In this document: in pieces, positions 57,806-64,000 of the stretch
How the letters are laid out: each line of letters starts with the position of its first letter
How positions within the stretch are numbered: the first letter of the stretch is position 1
Assembly (NCBI GenBank): GCA_025061115.1
Contig: JANZKC010000001.1
Location: forward strand, 64,001 to 128,000
From: Candidatus Culexmicrobium cathedralense
GTDB lineage: Archaea; Thermoproteota; Methanomethylicia; Culexarchaeales; Culexmicrobiaceae
DNA length: 64,000 nt
Direction: 5' to 3'
The notes under the pieces: generated by a model
The model's input: only the letters and a program-made list of their open reading frames with translations
Told to the model about the DNA's origin: nothing
The model's database searches: none
Made by a program: the position numbers and the translations under genes

Positions 57806-58174
57806 TCAAGCCCTTGAACCTGGAAGAAAAAGCCTATAAACTATGCTTATAAACTTGCTCAATAAGCTTCTTAAAGTCTTCTTCCGATCATCCGCAGAAA
57901 TTTCCCCCTTAACGATTAAGTCGCGCAAGACCTCACCAGCACTTACACCTGCATAAGCTTGAATCTTCCGAATCAAGAGCATTAATTCACTCTTAGTGGC
58001 GTAATCTATGGGCTCACCTTTCTCCCCATTAAATTTCCATCTCTCATATAAATCATCATTCAACCTTGAGACTTCAGAGTCATTGTAAAATGCAGCCATA
58101 GCCCAGACATTTGACTCTAAATATATTTTGTGAAGGTCAATGAAGCGCTTCTTTAATTCATTTGAACTGCTCAA
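57806..58174 (-). CDS. Hypothetical protein
   Basis: 122 aa, LYERW...GEPIDYAT; amphipathic C-terminus. Confidence 0.7.
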   Translation of the reverse strand: MSSSNELKKRFIDLHKIYLESNVWAMAAFYNDSEVSRLNDDLYERWKFNGEKGEPIDYATKSELMLLIRKIQAYAGVSAGEVLRDLIVKGEISADDRKKTLRSLLSKFISIVYRLFLPGSRA

Positions 58175-58278
58175 TCAAAGCACCGTGAAATATTATGTGA
58201 TCCAACTAATAACATTGGCGCTATTAAATCTCACAACAAGCTATATTACGTATTTTCTGTAAATTAATTTAACATGAA

Positions 58279-58896
58279 ATGCACAGCAAGAGCATAGTTA
58301 GTATGGGCGTCGACTTGGCAGGAAGTGAAAGTAGGCCGACGGGCCTCTGCATATTAATTAATAACCTGGTTAGAGTCTACACAGTTCGCAGAGATCAAGA
58401 AATAATTCAAAAAGCTTTAAGCGTAAAGCCCGACGTGATAGCCATTGACGCTCCACTAGCACTACCTAAAGGTAAAAACTTGAACTCAAAAAACTGCATA
58501 CGAGAATGCGATAAAGCCCTTAGAAAAATGGGAATAAAATTTTTCCCAATCAATTTTGGAGGAATGAGAAAGCTAACCATTAGGGGAATTAGGCTGAGAG
58601 AAATTCTTATAAAATTAGGATTTGACGTTATTGAAACATACCCTGGAGCAGCTCAAGACATACTTGGACTTCCAAGAGCTAAAAGAAATTTAGAGGGGCT
58701 CAGGCTTGGGCTAATAAAAATGTTCAATTTGAAGGGAGATATCATTAAAAGTGTAACTAAGCATGAAGCTGATGCAATCACGTGCGCAATAGTAGGTAGG
58801 CTTTACTTGGAAGGAAAATATTTAGCCTTGGGAGATTCAAGTGAAATACTAATGATACTTCCAAACCTATCTATAGCAAATCAATCAATAAAATAA
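58279..58896 (+). CDS. DUF429 family (RNase H-like) protein
   Basis: GVDLA....TG, AIDAPL, RECD, IETYP, HEADA. Confidence 0.88.
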   Translation: MHSKSIVSMGVDLAGSESRPTGLCILINNLVRVYTVRRDQEIIQKALSVKPDVIAIDAPLALPKGKNLNSKNCIRECDKALRKMGIKFFPINFGGMRKLTIRGIRLREILIKLGFDVIETYPGAAQDILGLPRAKRNLEGLRLGLIKMFNLKGDIIKSVTKHEADAITCAIVGRLYLEGKYLALGDSSEILMILPNLSIANQSIK

Positions 58897-58948
58897 CATT
58901 AATAATATTAAACAAAATTAAATATAATTAAGAATATAAATGAAAAGC

Positions 58949-59970
58949 TCAAATTTTTAAACCAAGTAAAATTGCAATGAATATTGAAGATGCAAGAACA
59001 TCAGCTGTGGAACCTGGATTCAAGCCTTCAACTGCAAGGTCATTATCAAAAGCTATTAGAGCCTTTCTCCCCTCACTAGTTGCTAATCCACCTAAATCCA
59101 AAATTTTTCTAGCACGATCTGAAACTTCCATCGCTCTCTCAAGCCCAATCTCAACAGCTTTGACTATATCATCAGTGTATTTTAATCCAACTTTCCTCGC
59201 AATTAAAGTGTCAGGCCGAATTGAAAGTAACTTTAAAAACGTATTAACAATAGCTACGTTGATATCTCCGATTTGATCATAAAAGTTGATTAATGCTGGA
59301 TAGCCAATTTTAAAGGCAGTTTCCAGCCCATTCACCAACTCCCAAGCAACAATATCCCAGCCTGAAGCAAACTTCATCACGTCGTAAAGGGTCAGGTTCC
59401 GCTGAATAATTCTATTCTTGAAATCGTCATTCATTAAGTCAGGCATATATTCATGCTTAACTTGGCCCATCCCTCCAGGCTCTGCAATTCTTATAGCTAC
59501 ACAAGCTTCAATCGCATCGTCACAGGTAGTAGCCTTTACAATGCGCACGTAGTTTCTTTGCAAATCTGTAACTGAAAATCTCCGCGATCCACAATGCACA
59601 TCCCAGCTGAAATAGCCAATGGGGTGAACAGCATTATAATTCCAAGGTGCGTATTACCGCCCTTATGCCAACATTTCACATCTTCAACTGCTCTCCTCCA
59701 TAGTGAGCCTACGCCAACTTCGCTTAACCCTATTTCTCCTAATGCAACATTCATTCCAATTGTAGCTGCCCTTCTCATTGTAGGACCTATAGCTATTGAG
59801 CCTGCAATGAAATGTTCGAAGCGAGTGTCATGAAAATCACGCAGCCTATGAACATTACCAGGTTTTGGGTAGCCGCATACTTCAAGACAGGAGGCTAGTT
59901 GCGCTGCCCTCATGATGTCGTCTGCCTTCTTACTAAACTCCGAGCAGGAGGTTACTTTGCGCTTCGACAT
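58949..59970 (-). pseudogene. citG: Triphosphoribosyl-dephospho-CoA synthase (CitG family), split by a 1-nt frameshift (or sequencing error)
   Basis: N-half EV...PKPGNVH, NTHLG; C-half PDTLIARK, NPGSTAD; frames join if the T4 run at 59575-78 had one more base. Confidence 0.85.
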
Positions 59971-60052
59971 GATTAACCTCCAACTTCACCATCCCATGAA
60001 ATAAGAACCCGCACTTCCACATGCTAAATCAACTAAAAGCTTAAATTAAACT

Positions 60053-60763
60053 CTACAATTTTGCGTTCAACAATACTTTAACAGGCCTTTTCACCCTCAC
60101 TTCCAGAAATGGCACTGATAGTGAAGCGACATAAGCCAATATCGTTACTCCGCAATTATGTGCATTTAAAAGTGCTTTGGAAAATTTGGGGTCAGTATCC
60201 CAATTAGGCATGAAGAACTCGGCATCTTCACGCATTATCAAGAACATAATCATGGACTTAAAGCCTCGTTTAACTGCATCAATAAGGTGAAGCACATGCT
60301 TATACCCCCTACTCGTAGGAGCGTCCGGAAACAACGCTAAACCATCTTTAACGAGCGTACATCCTTTGACTTCCATTAAAGCTTTAAAGCCGCTTGGCGA
60401 CTGAAGCAGAAAGTCTATTCTACTGCCTTTAAGCTTAAACTCCCTTTTCAGAATAGCATAGCCTTCAAGCTCAGCAATCAAATTCTCCTTAATAGCCTCC
60501 TCAACAATTTTACTGTGAAGTGAAGAGTCAACTAAAACCCACAAGTCACCATGCCTAACTGCAAGTAAGTAGTAATCCGTCCTCCTATTAGGACTTTGAT
60601 GCTCCCTAATGAGAACTTCAGCGCCAAAATAAAGCAATTCAGTTAGTCTTCCAGGGTCATGAATATGAACTTTATGAATCTTGCCGTCAATTTCTACTAC
60701 TCCAACAAATCTATTCAACCTCCTAATAAACACGCCTTTAATCGGCTTCCAAAGCAATTTCAA
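60053..60763 (-). CDS. sfsA: SfsA family nuclease (sugar fermentation stimulation protein)
   Basis: RLNRF, HDPGRL.EL, SRIDF, EVKGCTL, FPDAPT.RG.KH. Confidence 0.93.
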   Translation of the reverse strand: MKLLWKPIKGVFIRRLNRFVGVVEIDGKIHKVHIHDPGRLTELLYFGAEVLIREHQSPNRRTDYYLLAVRHGDLWVLVDSSLHSKIVEEAIKENLIAELEGYAILKREFKLKGSRIDFLLQSPSGFKALMEVKGCTLVKDGLALFPDAPTSRGYKHVLHLIDAVKRGFKSMIMFLIMREDAEFFMPNWDTDPKFSKALLNAHNCGVTILAYVASLSVPFLEVRVKRPVKVLLNAKL

Positions 60764-60828
60764 AGCTTAACTACTCCTAGAGCGCACTTCAAAGTCATCG
60801 GCATCACATTCCTATGGAAATTAGATTT

Positions 60829-62232
60829 TCAGTACAAGATGAACTTCGGCCGTTTAGATACTAGGAGTGGATAGTACCTTGGCTTCCTAGGATACCCTTC
60901 AGTTTCTAATTCAAGAATCTTAACCAACTCTTTTATCGCCAACACTTTTTGCTCTCCAGTCCTTCTAAATCTTACATTAAGAGTCCCGCTCTTCAATTCT
61001 GTTTCTCCAACAACTGCAATATAGGGAATCCACTCCTTCTCAGCATCCACTATCTTCCTGGACAACGACCTGTTGGTATCATCAACATCAACCCTGAACC
61101 CTTTAGCTTCAATTTCGCGCGCAACGCTTAATGCATATTCGACATATTGGATTTTTACTGGAATAATTCTAACTTGAACAGGGGAAATCCAAACTGGCAG
61201 CATCGGCTTATTTAACCTTAGCGCGGAGTCAAAGAGAGCATAGATGTACCTTTCGATTCCCCCAATAATTGCTGTATGAAGAATTACTGGATATCTTTCT
61301 TCGCCATCTTCATCAACGTATTTAATGCCAAATCGCAAAGCATTTCCAACATCAATCTGAACTGTGCCGATTTCTTTAGGCCTGCCAAGTTTATCAATAA
61401 TAACATATTCGATGTTGAGCGTCCAGTAGTAGTTAAGTCCAGTTGCAGGATATATTGCAATTAAAATTGGCTTACCAACATCCTTCGCAAGCTCAACCAA
61501 AAAATGCTTGTAATGTTCATATTGCTTCGGGCTTACAACATTAACAAGAAGCTCATATTCCCTGCCAAGTTTCCTCATTTCATTCATGATCCTTCTATGA
61601 ATTTTGAGCATCCAGTGCTTAGCTTCCTCCTCATCCCTAACGAAAATGTGCAGGTCCGGCATGTAAAAGCGCCTCAACCTAAAGCACAGCTCAACTTCAC
61701 CGCTCTTCTCAAACCTATATGAATCAGCTACTTCAAACGCGCCGAAAGGGAGATCTCTATATGAGATGAACCAATCCTTAATCATTGAAAACTGCTGATG
61801 ACACGCAGCATACCTTAAAACAAAGCTGCTTTTATCCGTCTTTAAGACGTAAAGCCTATCGCCGTAAAGAGCAGCATGCTCCTTAACAGGCTTCATCTTC
61901 AAGTCAAAGAAAGCTGTGCCCTTTACCTCAAAAATAGGTAGATCAAAAGATCGCACAACTTGGCGAGCATACTCCAAAACGAGATCAAATATTAATGCAG
62001 CATATGGACCAAAGCGCATATGACCATAATCGGAGTAAGGCTCCCACTCAAATCCAAAGCGCTTCAGATATCGAACAATTTCCGGATGACCTCCAGCTAA
62101 CTCCTCCTTAAGAGCCTCCTTCTTAACTAGAATTTGAAAATCACCACTCAGCGATGAAAGAACTTCTGGGCTTGGTTCAACTTCCTCACCACTTGGATGC
62201 AATATCACGTATTTACGATCGCTCACAAACAT
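60829..62232 (-). CDS. thrS: Threonyl-tRNA synthetase, catalytic + anticodon-binding domains only
   Basis: RYAACH, SYRFE.SGE, RRFYMPDLH, TVQID, ILHTA.IG.IER, P.QVR; start re-assigned to ATG 62232 (GGAGG RBS). Confidence 0.93.
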   Translation of the reverse strand: MFVSDRKYVILHPSGEEVEPSPEVLSSLSGDFQILVKKEALKEELAGGHPEIVRYLKRFGFEWEPYSDYGHMRFGPYAALIFDLVLEYARQVVRSFDLPIFEVKGTAFFDLKMKPVKEHAALYGDRLYVLKTDKSSFVLRYAACHQQFSMIKDWFISYRDLPFGAFEVADSYRFEKSGEVELCFRLRRFYMPDLHIFVRDEEEAKHWMLKIHRRIMNEMRKLGREYELLVNVVSPKQYEHYKHFLVELAKDVGKPILIAIYPATGLNYYWTLNIEYVIIDKLGRPKEIGTVQIDVGNALRFGIKYVDEDGEERYPVILHTAIIGGIERYIYALFDSALRLNKPMLPVWISPVQVRIIPVKIQYVEYALSVAREIEAKGFRVDVDDTNRSLSRKIVDAEKEWIPYIAVVGETELKSGTLNVRFRRTGEQKVLAIKELVKILELETEGYPRKPRYYPLLVSKRPKFILY

Positions 62233-62514
62233 ACCTCCCAAATTAACTGCCAAACATTCTCTTCTAAACATTTGATATTTCGGATTAAAATAATATGCTA
62301 AAATGAAGTTAATAAAGCCATAAAGCGTAACTCAAGATGAAAATTCGAAATTTGAGCGAGGCAAGGTTTGCAAAATAAAAATAACAAAGGTAGTTGTAGG
62401 AGCTATTACTTCATAGTTGATTTCAATAGCTAATTTAAATGTACAATAAAGGTTGTAATGCACATTTCATCCGATAAAGCTAAAAGAATTAAGAAGAAAT
62501 GATTTGCAAAGAGG

Positions 62515-63249
62515 GTGGTTAGCTTGAAACCGATCATCGGAATAACCTGCTCCTATGACTGGAATAAGGGATATTTTAGGCTTAATAGAGCATATGTAAC
62601 TGCAATAGAAAGGGCAGGCGGAGTTCCAATAATACTTCCATCCATTTCCCCGGATAATATACGTGAAATAGTAGGTATTGTTGACGGAGTCCTACTATCA
62701 GGGGGAGTAGACATTGATCCCCACCTTTATGGCGAGAAGCCCATACATAAAATGGGGAAAATAGATCCAGATCGAGATTTATTCGAGATTGAATTGACAA
62801 AGGAAGTTCTAAGGAGAGAATTGCCTCTCCTAGCAATATGCAGAGGAATTCAGGTACTGAACGTAGCTGCAGGAGGAACTTTATATCAGGACATTGAAAG
62901 TCAAGTTAAAGGCTCAATCAAGCATAAGTGGCACACACCAAGTGGATTAGATGCCCCTCCATCATACCCAACGCACATAGTCAAAATCAAAGCCGGCTCA
63001 ATGCTTCACAAGATTTTTGGAAAGCAGGAATTAAGAGTAAACAGCTTCCACCACCAAGCAGTAAAAGATGTTGGGAAGAAATTCATAGCTACAGCTTGGG
63101 CTGAAGATGAAGTAATAGAAGCAATAGAATACACTGGAAGTAGCTTTATTCTCGGAGTGCAGTGGCATCCAGAGTGGATGATGAATAGTGAGATGATGAA
63201 GATATTCGAGGAATTCGTTAAAAGAGCCGCTGAGCTAGCTAGAAGTTAG
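62515..63249 (+). CDS. Peptidase C26 / gamma-glutamyl-gamma-aminobutyrate hydrolase (PuuD-like)
   Basis: LSGG.DIDP..Y, AICRG.Q, VNSFHHQ, GVQWHPE. Confidence 0.92.
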   Translation: MVSLKPIIGITCSYDWNKGYFRLNRAYVTAIERAGGVPIILPSISPDNIREIVGIVDGVLLSGGVDIDPHLYGEKPIHKMGKIDPDRDLFEIELTKEVLRRELPLLAICRGIQVLNVAAGGTLYQDIESQVKGSIKHKWHTPSGLDAPPSYPTHIVKIKAGSMLHKIFGKQELRVNSFHHQAVKDVGKKFIATAWAEDEVIEAIEYTGSSFILGVQWHPEWMMNSEMMKIFEEFVKRAAELARS

Positions 63250-63789
63250 CTCCAAAACCATGTGAATAACAAAATTGCTAGAAAGTTTTCTACTCTCATC
63301 AAATTCCTTCAGACCAACAATTCTAAATCCAAATTTTCTGTAGAAAAGATATTGACTATAATTTGAGTTGCTCACTTCAACATGAACATAGCGAGCACCA
63401 TGAAACCTACAGTAATTCAAAGCTCTTCTAAGCAAAAGCAATTCGATCCCCGCATCTTTATATGCATCATCAACAATAAGCCAATTAACTATTGCGTCGT
63501 CATTTGATAAATTTAAATCTAAGAAGCCTGCAAAACACTCATAATCCTTAACTACAAGTTGAAGCCCAGTTTTAGACTCAATTCTACGGCGAATCTCATT
63601 TAAATCGCTCTCTCCAAATTCTATCAAAGTAGTCTTAGGCTCATCAAGCAATTCTTCCCTCAAATTAAAAACGACACCAAATTGAGACTTTCGCTTCTCC
63701 AACATCAGCACAACGCTTGAAGTTGAAGATGAACTTATCCGACGAAGCTTAGAAAAATCCTCCAGCTTCAAGCGCTCAACTATAAACAT
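63235..63789 (-). CDS. GNAT acetyltransferase
   Basis: IVDDAYKDAGI, EVSNSN.....FYRKFGF. Confidence 0.8.
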   Translation of the reverse strand: MFIVERLKLEDFSKLRRISSSSTSSVVLMLEKRKSQFGVVFNLREELLDEPKTTLIEFGESDLNEIRRRIESKTGLQLVVKDYECFAGFLDLNLSNDDAIVNWLIVDDAYKDAGIELLLLRRALNYCRFHGARYVHVEVSNSNYSQYLFYRKFGFRIVGLKEFDESRKLSSNFVIHMVLELTSS

Positions 63790-64000
63790 GACGTGTCACA
63801 CAGTCAAAAATTATCAATTACCGAAACCAATAAATTTTGCCATTCAAATACGAATTGGTATAAATAAAAATATTGATTAGTGCAGGTAGATTCTACCACC
63901 TATAATTAAATTGCAACGCAAAGTGAAGTTCTCACCAAGAATCAACTCATAGGCAATGCTTAAAGGTTCCAATTTACATCATCTCATTTGAGGTGTAAAC

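Noticed and set aside
1026-62836. Numerous 60-150 aa ORFs antisense to or nested in recognised genes (e.g. 1849-2154, 5437-5829, 14253-14714, 41338-41748, 56868-57314)
   Set aside because: No motifs or RBS; typical shadow frames of well-supported genes
1-64000. CRISPR arrays, tRNA/rRNA genes, transposases, integrases, Sec/Pyl read-through
   Set aside because: No regularly spaced repeats, cloverleafs, mobile-element genes or in-frame TGA/TAG within conserved domains were seen by eye

Overview
AT-rich archaeal chromosomal segment, most likely a deep-branching, probably thermophilic member of Thermoproteota/TACK. Support: a Cren7 chromatin gene missed by the ORF track, eS25, a ThermoDBP-related DUF2258 protein, an editing-domain-less ThrRS, GGTGA ribosome-binding sites and TATA promoters. 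Content is core/housekeeping plus peptide-catabolic (M20, S9, M3-like, S16, M24 and C26 hydrolases, PrsW), with many MFS/ion transporters and tRNA-modification genes (elp3, trm9-like, trm5/taw2-like, tsaA). No rRNA, tRNA, CRISPR array or mobile element was recognised. Best finds: (1) the same palindromic operator TTTTGTGC-N4-GCACAAAA sits directly against the TATA box of two loci about 26.6 kb apart (a Trp/Gly/Arg-rich peptide plus Mrp/NBP35; and a tandem NifX/IssA-like protein plus two ferredoxin-MinD ATPases, next to a DUF134 HTH gene), suggesting an uncharacterised Fe-S storage/assembly regulon; (2) two back-to-back C/D box guide sRNAs; (3) a minimal Zn-type Cren7; (4) a divergent FtsZ/tubulin-family gene; (5) an elp3-trm9 operon; (6) three single-base homopolymer frameshifts, possibly sequencing errors, and one genuine M20 pseudogene. 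All calls are from motif recognition by eye; no searches were run.
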